Of a DNA stretch of 64,000 nucleotides, positions 13,896 through 59,101 are shown piece after piece. Below the pieces are notes generated by a model. The model was not told the DNA's origin, made no database searches, and saw nothing but the letters and a program-made list of their open reading frames with translations. Made by a program: the position numbers and the translations under genes. This DNA comes from Macrostomum lignano (lineage: Eukaryota), in assembly GCA_002269645.1 (NCBI GenBank), contig NIVC01003665.1, positions 20,248 through 84,247 of the forward strand, in the 5' to 3' direction. Every line of letters begins with the position of its first letter. Position 1 is the stretch's first letter.

Positions 13896-14796
13896 GCGTG
13901 CCTTTGCCCGCCTCTTTTAGATACTAGCTTAAATCAAATTAATCTTAATGCATCGCACTTAGGATTCCGCCATATGTAAATGAGTACATTTCTTACAGTG
14001 CGATCGCCGGAAAGAGTCCACTCATATATTTTTTTATTGCTGAAGATGGCCTATATATAGTATGCAAAAATTAATAATGAGAAGCGGCGTTTCTCTGTGC
14101 TTCGTCGAGATTTCGAAGCGTGGGCTTGGGGCATTACGGTACTGCGGGTTGGTCTGATGGAGAAAGCGAGCGAGCGAGTGGAGGGTAGGATGAAGTGAAG
14201 AGTCACACAGAGAGGAGGAGAGAGCGGTGGCAGTAGGACGGCAGCTCCGCTTGAGTGGGCACTTTAGTCGAGTCCCCGACCAGGCCTGAATAAAGCACCG
14301 AAGCACCCCCTCTCCCACGCGGATGCGAATATCTCGAGGGAGCTTGTACATGTAAGCTACGGTGGCTTTACCTCCACTTATTCAACTGCAACTACGAGCT
14401 AACCCAGTCTTCTCGCCCGGCTTATTGCCCCGAAAAAGGGGGTAGAGGATTTATTCCGGTACGGCCATTCTCCCTCTCGCCTCTTCCTTCTAATCCGGTA
14501 GCCTCTAAACCCCGAGTTTCACAGCCTCCCCCTACATGCACATACATGCTGTATGGCCTCTCAATGTATTGCGAAGCTCGTCCTGATCTTCGTGCAGCAC
14601 CTTTCTTCTTTTATATATACCTGCGTTATAAGTATATGGACTCCTGTTTTGCTGGTCACGCAAGCCAGAGAGTCAAATTTTTCTCGGCCTTGAAGCTTCC
14701 GCAGCTTTCTGCAAATAATTTTATCAGCACGAAATCAAAAACAAGATTTTATTTTTTTATTTCTGATCCGCTTTATAATAACTCAAATTGCAGTGC

Positions 14797-14975
14797 ACAC
14801 CAGGCTAATGGGATCTCTAACTAGGGATTAACACCAGGCTAATGGGATCTCTAATTAGGGATTAACACCAGGCTAATGGGATCTCTAATTAGGGATTAAC
14901 ACCAGGCTAATGGGATCTCTAATTAGGGATTAACACCAGGCTAATGGGATCTCTAATTTGGGACTAATACCTGGG
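14797..14975. repeat. Minisatellite, 34-bp unit ACACCAGGCTAATGGGATCTCTAATTAGGGATTA
   Basis: About 5 copies. Confidence 0.92.
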
Positions 14976-15473
14976 TGATGATATTTCTAAATGATAACGA
15001 ATAAGCTTTGACTTTTAGATTTACACGATTTCAAAACTACCAGCTGTCTTTCGAGAAACTGCGGTCACTAACCGCAACCAATTTTGCTTAACTAGTAATT
15101 TTGACAACGAATACGCCAAACGGATTGAATTAGTGACCCTAAAATTATTAACTTTGTAGAGTTTTACATTTTTGGTCACGTTGAACATTGAAACCTACAG
15201 CTACTGGTTAATTCCATTAGCATCTTAGCCTCGCCACCTCGGCCAAGCGCAAATTAGTGCTATGGCGTGAAGTTGACAGCCCAATGCATTAGGGAAGTGG
15301 GGGGGGGGGTGAGGAGAGAGAGGCGCTCAATCTGCGATATTGGAACTGGCGGATGCGATGACCTCGCGGTTCTCCCGCGCATTCTGTCTGTCTTGTTGTG
15401 CGCGGAATCCGCCCGATATCTGTCCGCTCCGGTTTAATATTTGTACTGGGGACTTGGCCGGCTCATAATGACA

Positions 15474-15917
<444 letters not shown>

Positions 15918-16694
15918 GTTCCTGCCTCTGTTTCTATCTGGAGGCTTGGCAAGAACATAAGATCGGAAAGGACACAAAAATGCAAAAAATAAATTGGACA
16001 AAACTACAGATTAAACCAAGACCCATGGATACAAAGACTCCAAGTCACAACAGCAGAAGGTCAGACAGTGTACATGTCGACACCTTGACAGATCCCACAG
16101 ATCTCACAATCAAAATACGCATAAACATCTCTATATATTGTCAGGCGCAATATCCCAGCTACTCAAGCCACCCTCAGCTCCGGTACCGCCGGTACAGCTC
16201 TCTCAACCCGGAAATTAATGCCCCCCCCCCTGTAGGAGAGAGCCCCCTCGAGGATTTGATGGCTTCCTCAATTTTGGATTGAAAATTGGACAGGGGGTGG
16301 AGAGAAACGAAGAGGTGGCGAAGAATGAATTTCGACTCGATTGCCGAGCTGGCTGATGAGGGACTGCAGATAGCCCCAGACTCTTACTACTCCGTGTTGT
16401 CCCCATGGGATCGAGGCTGGAAGAACTTCTGCAGCTCAAGCTGAGTGCTTATAGTACCATAAGAGTCTGGATGGCTCGCTCTCGGTAATTGTCACTTTTT
16501 ATGCCGAACTAGAGTGAACAATGTCAAAAGATGAGTCTCAAGAGACTAGAGCAGTCAAATTGGCTTCAAATGGTTCCGCTTAGCAACTAATTCTTTATTC
16601 CCTATATTGCTCATTCATAATTTTTTTCAATCTATTCTTGATGAAGCCTGACATGCAACAAATTAAACATTTTTGTGCCACTCTAAAGACATAT

Positions 16695-17285
16695 AGTTTT
16701 GGAACTCCAGGGACATTGTCACTTTTGGCACTCCAGGGACATTGTCACTTTTGGCACTCCAGGGACATTGTCACTTTTGGCACTCCAGGGACATTGTCAC
16801 TTTTGGTACTCCAGGGACATTGTCACTTTTGGCACTCCAGGGACATTGTCACTTTTGGCACTCCAGGGACATTGTCACTTTTGGCACTCCAGGGACAATG
16901 CCACTATTGGCACTCCAGAGACAATGTCACTATTGGCACTCCAGAGACAATGGCACTATTGGCACTCCATGGACAATGCCACTATTGGCACTCCAGAGAC
17001 AATGTCACTATTGGCACTCCAGAGACAATGGCACTATTGGCACTCCATGGACAATGCCACTATTGGCACTCCAGGGACAATGCCACTATTGGCACTCCAG
17101 GGACAATGCCACAATTGGCACTCCATGGACAATGCCACTATTGGCACTCCAGGGACAATGCCACAATTGGCACTCCAGAGACAATGCCACTATTGGCACT
17201 CCAGGGACAATGCTTTGTCATTTCGGCCGTGCAAAACCACTTCTGGCACTCTAGAGACATTGTTTCTTCTAGTACTCCAGGAACA
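16695..17285. repeat. Minisatellite, 26-bp unit TTTTGGCACTCCAGGGACATTGTCAC and variants
   Basis: ATTGTCAC recurs at 16741 and 16767; about 20 copies. Confidence 0.94.
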
Positions 17286-17783
17286 TTGTCAGCTCTGATA
17301 CTCTGAGAAATTATAACTTTTAGCACTGCTTCATGCTCTGAGCTCAAAACCTGCGCTAGAAGAACACAAAGGTGATGAATATTGGGACTTCCAAAAAGCT
17401 GCCGTTGTAATGCACATTCACGAACTATCCCTTGGAAACTGAGCACACCCAACCCTATTGGCATACAAAGTAGAAGATGAAAATTATGTAAATTTTTCCC
17501 ATTTTTTTGTCAACCAAAGTCGACATGGATATGCGGGGTCGAGCATCGGTTCAAAAACACTGGTTTGAAGATGGACAGAATTTTTATGAGGCTTACTTTT
17601 GAGCATACGTGTATAGTCAAAGCCTTTGATCGCCGGGGGCTGAGGATCGGTTTCGGACTCATGAGCTTGAATTCACTAATTCCCTGCTAGCTTTGAGGAA
17701 TATTGCTGTTTAATAATTTCTCTGGCACTGCGACTGTATCTAGGCAGGTCTGAAACTCTTGCTCTGCTCTCTTCTTACTATGT

Positions 17784-18728
17784 TCTCTCCTCTCCTCCCC
17801 TCTCCTCTCCTCTCCTCTCCTCCCCTCTCCTCTCCTCTCCTCTCCTCTCCTCCCCTCTCCTCTCCTCTCCTCTCCTCTCCTCTCCTCTCCTCTCCTGTCC
17901 TCTCCTCTCCTCTCCTCCTCTCCTCTCCTGTCCTCTCTTCTCCTCTCCTCTCCTCTCCTCTCCTCTCCTCTCCTGTCCTCTCTTCTCCTCTCCTCTCCTC
18001 TCCTCTCCTCTCCTCCCCTCTCCTCTCTTCCCCTCTTCTCTCCACTCTTCTCCTCTCCTCTCCTCTCCTCTCCTCTCCTCCCTCTCCGCTCTTCCCCTCT
18101 TCTCTCCACTCTTCTCCTCTCCTCTCCTCTCCTCTCCTCTCCTCTCCTCTCCTCTCCTCTCCTCTCCTCTCCTCTCCTCTCCTCTCCTCTCCTCTCCTCC
18201 CCTCTCCTCTCCTCTCCTCTCCTCTCCTCTCCTCTCCTCTCCTCTCCTCTCCTCTCCTCTCATCTCCTCTCCTCTCCTCTCCTGTCCTCTCTTCTCCTCT
18301 CCTCTCCTCTCCTCTCCTCTCCTCCCCTCTCCTCTCTTCCCCTCTTCTCTCCACTCTTCTCCTCTCCTCTCCTCTCCTCTCCTCTCCTCCCCTCTCCGCT
18401 CTTCCCCTCTTCTCTCCACTCTTCTCCTCTCCTCTCCTCTCCTCTCCTCTCCTCTCCTCTCCTCTCCTCTCCTCTCCTCTCCTCTCCTCTCCTCTCCTCT
18501 CCTCTCCTCTCCTCTCCTCTCCTGTCCTCTCTTCTCCTCTCCTCTCCTCTCCTCCCCTCTCCTCTCTTCCCCTCTTCTCTCCACTCTTCTCCTCTCCTCT
18601 CCTCTCCTCTCCTCTCCTCTCCTCTCCTCTCCTCTCCTCTCCTCTCCTCTCCTCTCCTCTCCTCTCCTCCCTCTCCTCTCCTCTCCTCTTCTCTCCTCTC
18701 CTCCTCTTCTCCTCTCTCCTCTCCTGTC
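17784..18728. repeat. (CTCCT)n polypyrimidine array with internal higher-order duplication
   Basis: Direct inspection; source of the EERRG/SSPLL ORFs. Confidence 0.96.
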
Positions 18729-19236
18729 TCCAGGCTTTCACTCTGTTTGTGTATCAGGGTTTTTCACCTGAAACCGACACTAAAATGGATAAAAAATAGC
18801 CCAAAACAAGTGCGCCAACACTGACAAATAGCAATTAACGATCACCTAAGAAAATCAATTGTCACACTTTCAACCTTCAGGATGGCTACTATTAACAGAG
18901 AAGTATCGAAGCTTAAAAAGCTTATTATTGCAGGAGAGGGTAGAATTAGAAAGGCTCTTACATGCCCCTGAAGCTCGTTGTTTGTGTCTGTCTGTTTGAG
19001 AGTGCTCAAAATAAATACTCTCGTACCATCGTATATAACTATGCATTCTATGAGAATAATTATTTCGTAAGCTGCAATAAAACCTCAAAGCGCGTGTTGC
19101 ATGAAGCATAAGGAATTGTGGGATTCTTGCAAACATGGAAATCAACGATTGAACGATTCGGTTCAATTCAACGTTCGGTTTCCTCCCACATGTAAACCGT
19201 TTGTTGGCTAAAACCTTCGTAATGACATTGTTATCC

Positions 19237-19955
19237 TTTCTATTCTAATCCTGCTCCATCTCCCTCCCATTTTATCTTGATCCCATTATATCGTGATCCC
19301 GATCTTCTGGTCCTATTCTATCTTGATCCGATTCTATCTTGATCCCATTCTATCTTGATCCCATTCTATCTTGATCCCATTCTTTTTTGATCCCATTCTA
19401 TTTTGATCCCATTCCATCTTGGTCCTATTATATCTTGATCCCATTCTATCTTGATCCCATTCTATCTTGATTCCATTCTATCTTGATCCCATTCTATCTT
19501 GATCCCATTCTATCTTGGTCCTATTATATCTTGATCCCATTCTATTTTGATCCCATTCTATCTTGGTCCATTATATCTTGATCCCATTCTATTTTGATCC
19601 CATTCTATCTTGGTCCTATTATATCTTGATCCCATTCTATCTTGATTCCATTCTATCTTGATCCCATTCCATCTTGATCCCATTATATCTTGATCCCATT
19701 CTATTTTGATCCCATTCTATCTTGATCCCATTATATGTTGATCTCTTTATATGTTGATCCCATTCTATCTTGATCCCATTCTATCTTGATCCTATTCTAT
19801 CTTGATCCAATTCTATCTTGATCCCATTCTATCTTGATTCCATTCTATCTTTATCCCATTCTATCTTGATCCCATTCTACTCGTATCTTGATTCAACTCC
19901 ATCTTGATCCCATTCTACTCGTATCTTGATTCAACTCCATCTTGATCCTATTCTG
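19237..19955. repeat. Minisatellite, 16-bp unit ATCCCATTCTATCTTG
   Basis: Direct inspection. Confidence 0.93.
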
Positions 19956-20654
19956 TTTCATCTAAACGAATCTTTAATTTTAACAAAACCAACAATGAAA
20001 AGCAGTTTATTTTTTCTTAAAATTCTTGACAAGTGAACTTCTTCTGTCCTCCTCAATGGGGGAACTTTCTATTTTTTTCTCTGTTCGACATTCGACATGT
20101 ATTTTTAATGCCAAATATTACAAGAAACACAAATGGAGAATTGAGAGAGAATAATTCAGTAGCTGCTTCATGGCTGGTACAAATGAAAAGCAATATTAAT
20201 AAATAATACAAATGAAACCATGTGCGCCCACTTTAATACGAGTCGCATTTGGTGCTACGGTGCGTTAATTAGTGACCAAACGCAAATCGACAGTTTGAAT
20301 AACCGCCAATTTTAGCACGCCTTATAACAATAAAGCGAATTACTTATTTTCACATTTTAAGTGTAAAAAATTAATCATTTACAAAAATTTATTGAACTAA
20401 ATTTATAATGCCGATTCCGTGACAGGATTTCTGAAAGTTGAAAAAAAATCTTTATATCATCGATCAAAGCTCATTAACATCCTGTAAAACATATCTGGAT
20501 TTTAAATGTAGTGCCTTAATCCGATAATTTAATATGGGGATTATCGAAATAAGATTTATATTCTCTTTTAATGACAATAATCTTTTCTAATTTAGAATCT
20601 TTTCGAATTGGGATTAAAGGGGGGTTTGGTATTTATAACAATAGGAATTATAGG

Positions 20655-20990
20655 TGAAGAACAGGTGGAATTAGGGATTTAGATCAGGTGGGATTGAGAT
20701 TTAGAACAGGTGGAATTAGTGATTTAGATCAGGTGGGATTTGAGATTTAGAACATGTTGATGAATTAGTGATTTATATCAGGTGGGATTTGAGATTTAGA
20801 ACAGGTGGAATTAGTGATTTAGATCAGGTGGGATTTGAGATTTAGAACATGTTGATGAATTAGTGATTTATATCAGGTGGGATTTGAGATTTAGAACAGG
20901 TGGAATTAGTGATTTAGATCAGGTGGGATTTGAGATTTAGAACAGGTGGAATTAGGAATTTAGAACACGTGGGATTTGGGATTTAGAACG
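20655..20990. repeat. Minisatellite, 46-bp unit (49-bp variant) downstream of the Dscam stop
   Basis: GATTTGAG recurs at 20881 and 20927. Confidence 0.88.
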
Positions 20991-21406
20991 AGTAGGATGT
21001 ATCACTCTTTCTAACAGTTTTTGAAGGCTGAGATATTATTATATTTTACGACCTAATTTCAATTAAACGCGCATCTGCACTGTCCCTTCAGACGTGAATT
21101 TTAAAAAATACAAAAAACTGTCCTTAGTTAAAAGGCGAAATTGTATACAGCTTTAAAAAAGTACATAGAATACATTTATAGGCCAATAATGCACAACACT
21201 TTATATAACGCGCATAGATACAAGCGAACATCTGCAATATAAATAATATATATTAGTTGCCACGGGGAATTCAGCAATGCAAATTAATTAGCTCCAGTAT
21301 TCACGGGATGTTTTACAAATGTTATTCGCCATCTCCTATAGGCTGATACCATTCTTCAAAATAATTCGCAGATTAGCATATAAAGCACAAATTCAATTTG
21401 TTCGAA

Positions 21407-53258
<31,852 letters not shown>

Positions 53259-55579
53259 ATTAATTGCGCTACAATCTGTCGTGCAGCAGAACCTGACGAC
53301 TAGAGTTGCGCCGGCTCATTCGATGCCAAGCAGCACACTTAAGAATTCACGCCTGCCAGCAATAATGCAGCTCGGAGCCGAATACTATCGGCCCTTGCTA
53401 TTGTTGCGAAGCTTACACCCGGTGGCTGTCTGTCAGTGAGGCAGAGTCCTATGTCTAATTCTCCCTTACAAAAATCCTCGAGAAAAGACACCCCCCTAAG
53501 TATTTTTTCTATCGTTCTTCTCTAACCTACTATGGCCCCCACTCACTCGCGCTGCCTCGCTCTCCCCCACAACGCCACCCCTTATTCATTTCATGGCCGC
53601 AGCCAACCAAAAGACCCCTTCAATTTGCCTTCCCAAATGCAGAAAAGCCAAATGGCTAGTAGTGCGTTTCGCCCCCCTCTCTTTCTCTCTCAGCTTTCTT
53701 CCAACTATCCTCTCTCCGTTCTCCTCTTTCCGCAAAGACAGGGCGATTGGGCCGCTCCAGACCCTGGTGGCACGGGATGTGAGGTGGAGCGCCTGTGTGT
53801 GGGGGTTGGAGGAGGCCAGGCCGATTCCAGAGCAATTGGGGAGGGGGGCCAAAAGGGCCCCCCTTCCACACGCTCTAGCGTGGCGGAGAGCTGTAGTAGA
53901 CAACCCGCCCAACCGCCCCTAAGCCCTGCACATGCGCCAAACCCCATGCCCCCAAAAATAGGGTAGGGGTGGGGTGGCGGATTGTCGACTATTCTCTCCA
54001 CTAGCCTTCTCCACTCCACCACGCAGCCCCTAAACAGGGCTTAAAGGAGTGTGGTTGGATTAAAAAAAACACTGGGCCTCCCCAGTCACGCGGTCGGCAT
54101 TGCCATATTGGGGGGATGGCGGTGCCGAGGAGGGTCTGACAGTGCGTTTTTTATCCAAGTATAGCAATAGCCTCCCACTGACTGTCCCCGCTGGTTCCTC
54201 CTTCCTCTTCCGCTCCCCCTCTCGCTTCTCTATAACGAGTTTGAAAATTCGAATTTCAAGCTGAACATTGGAACGAGAATAAAATGATTATTTATGAGCT
54301 GTCGTCAATTGATAATCCGGTTGTTAATCGGAATGAGCTCTACTCAATCGACGCGAACTTCTCTCTTTTTCGTTCTTTTTTAGTGAGCAAACCGCAAAAC
54401 TAAAATGGAATTTATAACAAACTGCGCAGGTCGATTATATGAGACACGAATGCATGCATTAGCAGATTTAACGACTCTCTGCATGCATGTTGGGCCTCGT
54501 ACCTAGGCCCCTCCTGCTATCACGGCGCGACCGCCGCATAGTTATAGCTCTCGAATGGCACGAGACGAACCCTTGATTTCATGCAGTCACGCGCTTTTAG
54601 CCCCGCACCGAACGTTCGGATCTAGACGAACAAAACTATAGCGCAGGAATAAAATGCAGGCCTTGTGCGCATGCAGCTGCACGTATCTCGTACATATTTA
54701 CTCGCAATTCCTACTATACATGCATGGTAAACGAGGCGAATCTTCGGATCAATAAAAGCTATATATGGCCTTTTTTGCTACAAGCGCACTGCTATGATTG
54801 CACTAAAGGCAAACAGAAGCAGCAGCAGCAGCAGTAGCAGGAACCCCTTCAGGGCCGAAAATGTCCAGGCACCATGAACTGCACTTACTTTACTGGCCTG
54901 CCCCTCTGCTGCAGCCAGCCGTCACAGCCGCAGAAAAAAAGCAATTTACTTAAACGCTTTCCCTCTTCATCTCCCCTCTCCCCTGACAGTATAGCGATGC
55001 AGCTTGGCGTTTGTGACTTGCAACCAATTGCTATGCGAGTGTGTCAGTATTAGCCACAATGCACCAGTAAGTTCGTATAGGCAGGAGCAGGGCGAGCTAA
55101 CAATTCTGCGGTCAAAGTGTACTATAGCTAAACTGTTAAATTCAGACCTTGCCACTTGACTACTCGTAGTTGAACTAGCAAATTTAGCCCACTATAAAAG
55201 CGTATAAACATATGAAAGTTCTTGCAAAATCCGATTCTTCATTTTGTGTTTTTACTTGCAGAAGAAAGTTTTACAACCTTGACGCGCAAAACAAACATAC
55301 AAGGATTCAGTGTAACACGTGGTATTGGCTTGATTATAGTGCCCAAAGTGAACTTTACTGATCGAAATTTGGATGGCATTGCACATGTACTGTGGCCTGT
55401 TGGGAGGTGCACATATATAGGCTAGCATAGAAGGGAGGTTGATCATAATCAGGTGACCTTCCCGTGACCCCAGCTGGATCTGGTACGAAATTACAGGGAG
55501 ACTTTGAAAATTAAAATTTCGGCCACATTAAAAACGATAAGCTTTTTGTTTTCTGGCTGATCTCAATTCAACGTCGATG

Positions 55580-55912
55580 GGGGAATCGTTGAGACGTCAA
55601 GACTTACGGGGGAATTGTTGAGATGTCAAGACTTACGGGGGAATTGTTGAGATGTCAAGACTTACGGGGAATTGCTGAGATTTCAAGACTTACGGGGAAT
55701 TGCTGAGATGTCAAGACTTACGGGGGAATTGCTGAGATGTCAAGACTTACGGGGAATTGCTGAGATGTCAAGACTTACGGGGAATTGCTGAGATTCATGA
55801 CTTACGGGGGAATTGCTGAGATGTCAAGACTTACGAGGAATTGCTGAGATGTCAAGACTTACGGGGGAATTGCTGAGATGTCAAGACTTAGGGGGAATTG
55901 CTGAGATCTCAA
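55580..55912. repeat. 28-29-bp minisatellite CAAGACTTACGGGGAATTGCTGAGATGT
   Basis: CAAGAC recurs at 55741 and 55769. Confidence 0.93.
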
Positions 55913-56152
55913 AGTTGAAAGGTCAGAGGCTACATGTAGTGTATTTAAAAAAATATAGTTCTAAGCAGTTCTAATAGAAATGCTAATCACAAGCCTGGGG
56001 GAATATCAAGGTCGTGGATTCTCTAAGCTAGTAATCTTCGAATTAAAGAAACGTTGATACAGATTCGCAATAATGAACCAACATAAAGAATATTTCACTC
56101 TGGTAAAACAGTAATAGAACAGCCAGAAGGGGAATTAAACCTCCTGGGTAAC

Positions 56153-56236
56153 TCACGTGACAATGCAGCTGCACATTTGAATCACGTGATGTCAACAGAG
56201 TTCTAGCTGATCCCGCTACTGACACGTGCACAGCTG
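56153..56236. promoter_or_regulatory. Cluster of six E-boxes in 84 bp between the divergent Dscam and dynein genes
   Basis: TCACGTGA 56153, CAGCTG 56166, CATTTG 56174, ATCACGTGAT 56181, CACGTG 56223, CAGCTG 56231. Confidence 0.4.
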
Positions 56237-58996
56237 TACTTACCGTTAGAAACCCCTGGGGCAACCGCATTTTGTACTTGCTGCCACCATTATATTGCTT
56301 TTGAATAAAGCAAAATAGGGATAGAGATAGAGATAGAACAGTAAGGAGCATTTGTGTTTGTTGAATCAAACATTCTCTTTCCCTTCAGTTTAGCTACTGA
56401 CTGTCGTAAAAAAACTCCCGTCACAGCCCATTCTGACGTTTGAATAAAGCTATATGTGGTACACTCGTGTGACCCGAGAATTAGCCGCGTGCGCAGATAG
56501 TACCTCGCTGATTCTAACGGGACCCTGGGGAAAGCAGCCTGTATAGCTCATGCTGTGTTTGGCATGCTACGCTGCAGCAACGCAGGTAAATATAATGAAT
56601 ATCGCGTGAGCGAACAGAATACGGACCTCGAAAAATCAGTTGGACACGGAAGCGATTCTGAAAAAAGATAATAGAATAAAAAATTACTGCTGCATGCATT
56701 GTTTAAAAGATTCTCACCTGCGACGCCCCTGCTAGATGACGCTTAGTAAGTTTTCCATTGGGTTTTTGCTTGCTAACATAAGGAAACACAGGTAAGTAGT
56801 TTAGTAGGTTTACATTGAGTTTGGTAAGCTAATGTGTGACACTCATTTTGGCACCGCAGACACTCAGTTTGGCGCCACAGACACCTGTTTCGACGCATCA
56901 GACACCCATTTTGGCGCGCTAAACCAAAATTACGAGCGTATTGATCTTCATAACGAATCATAAGCCGCCAAAGGTACATATCAAGTAGACTTTTAGACTT
57001 TGAGTCGAATACATATAGTTTGTTTGAGGGTGGCCTTGTACATGTATATTAATTAATTGTGTAAGGGCTGCGTCTCTGGCAGATTATGTTGAAATTCGAA
57101 TCTATAGTTTATATGAATAAATAGCTACGTTATGTTTTTGATAGGTTTCCTAATAGTTCGTAGGTTAGTCGATGAGGCATTCATTATGTACCCAGTGAAC
57201 TACTGATTATTGTCCATCTGTACACTCAATCTTACCCATCAAGTTTCTCCTAGGGATGAGTGTATCAAAAGTGCCGCCATATTGTGCAGTAAAGCAGTGG
57301 GATCCTTATCCCTCTCTGGTATTTTTAGCGGCCGAGATGAAAGAATTTCAATCACCATTGGCAACGACGAGAAAGACGAATACATAATTAATGCTGAATG
57401 GACTTCTATACTGTTTACTAGCTGTAGATGTATAGAGCAGTCTATTGATAAAGTTGAGTCGCTGTGTTAAAGAAGCAACGATTCAATATATTGTAAGTCA
57501 GCATTTTTATATCATGCTGTATTTGTAGACTATACTGTCTCTTAACATCGTAGATCATTGCTCTAGATGCATTGTTTTTTTCGTTGTACATGTAACTTTC
57601 AAACATTGCGATCCTGTGCGTAACGTAAATAGGGATGTAAATAAGATTAATCTTACTACTACAAGAGCTGAAAATTCGTTTACGATTTTAGACTGATCAG
57701 ACATGTTTTGGTTTGCATGATGACACAGAAGGACATGATTATGACGTCCTGTCTTTTGGTTGCGTGATTCCAGTCGCAATCAAGTCTAGTCTACTTACCC
57801 TTAAAGGCCTGCCTGTCTTTTGGTTTAGAGAAAGGTACATTTATATAGTCATCTTAATTCTGTAATTGTACCTTTTTATTTTTTAGGAAGTGAGCAAACA
57901 TTAGACATGTATTAGCAAAATATGAAAGAACAGTGGCTTGACTTTTTTGTACCATTCGGAGTTTAACATGAATAATCACTTCTTTTTACCTAGATTGCAT
58001 ATTCTTCGGTTTTTAAAACCTCAATAAAATATAAAATCGGTGAAATCCAATTCCAATAAATATTATTTTAGGCCGGATTTGCAAGTCATAAAGAAAGTTT
58101 CGCTGTATGACGGGGTCAAATAAAAGCGACACTAGAAAAGAATGCGCAAATTGGCACGAACGCTTGGGTTGCGCGACGAATAATGAAAATATGATGAATC
58201 AAACGTGGGTGGATTTTTCTATATTGCGCTGACCTGCACTGAACTGAAATCAAAAGAAGCATACCGGTAGTTTATCAAAGGCACCAGAAGCAGTATGCAT
58301 GTATCCTTTCGTCGGATCAAATAACTTTTTCCAAAGTTCATGCTCGACCGCTTTTTATTAGTAGATCGTATTTCTATAAATGGACTAAACTTTTTCTGCT
58401 GTTTCAATTATATGTAACTGTGTACATGTACTATACACACTGCTTACGTACACATGTAATTTGTAAAATGCAAGCATTTTACGGCACGCTTAAATGTACA
58501 ACAGTGATTAATCATGTTTCATGTTCACATTTACATGTACAACCCATATGATCATACTCGTATTTGTGTAATATAGTATATAAGTAAAGCATGTGTTAAA
58601 ATAGTTTGTTAAAAACAGAACTAAAAAAACTGGTCCAAAAATAAACTTTAGCCTACGGAAGAACATAAACGTGTATTAGACTTTATAAAGTCGTCGATGT
58701 TTGTATAGAAACTTTAAAGAATATTTAAAAAATATTAAAATCAGATTTGTATATTATCAACTAAAATATATCTTGATTAATTTTTGTCATTTACGTCACT
58801 TGACATACCACATTGTTAGATTTTGTTTATAGTAATGAAACTAATGGCAACGTAAAAGTTATGGATTTAACAATATCACGGATGTTGTATTTATTAAATA
58901 AATCCTGAAGTAATCGCGATCAAGAAAATAAATTTCAATCAAAATTATTTTAACTTTATTTGATTTGAATTGAATGCAAAGTCAATAATTTAGTAG

Positions 58997-59101
58997 ATGC
59001 CTGGAGGAGAAGCCGATCAAGGCAAGAGAACGGGTAGCGCCCAAAAGGGCAAAGCCCGGGTCTCCGTTCTGACTTCTGGTGAAAATATAAAGGAGAAACA
59101 G
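58997..59101 (+). CDS. DNAH5: Dynein HC exon 1 (putative start, MPGGEADQ...NIKEKQ)
   Basis: ATG preceded by an in-frame TAG; 105 nt; donor CAG|GTAAAA, phase 0 fits exon 2. Confidence 0.6.

Noticed and set aside
56043-56369. ORF with Ig-like phrase SNVQLHCHVSYP as a possible extra Dscam exon
   Set aside because: It lies upstream of the signal-peptide exon, lacks the Trp and second-Cys motifs, and the phrase arises from clustered E-box palindromes.
58991-58999. YAG immediately before the ATG of both dynein (TAG|ATG) and stomatin (CAG|ATG) as spliced-leader trans-splice acceptors
   Set aside because: Only two cases, the polypyrimidine tracts are weak, no SL RNA gene is recognisable and the organism is unconfirmed.
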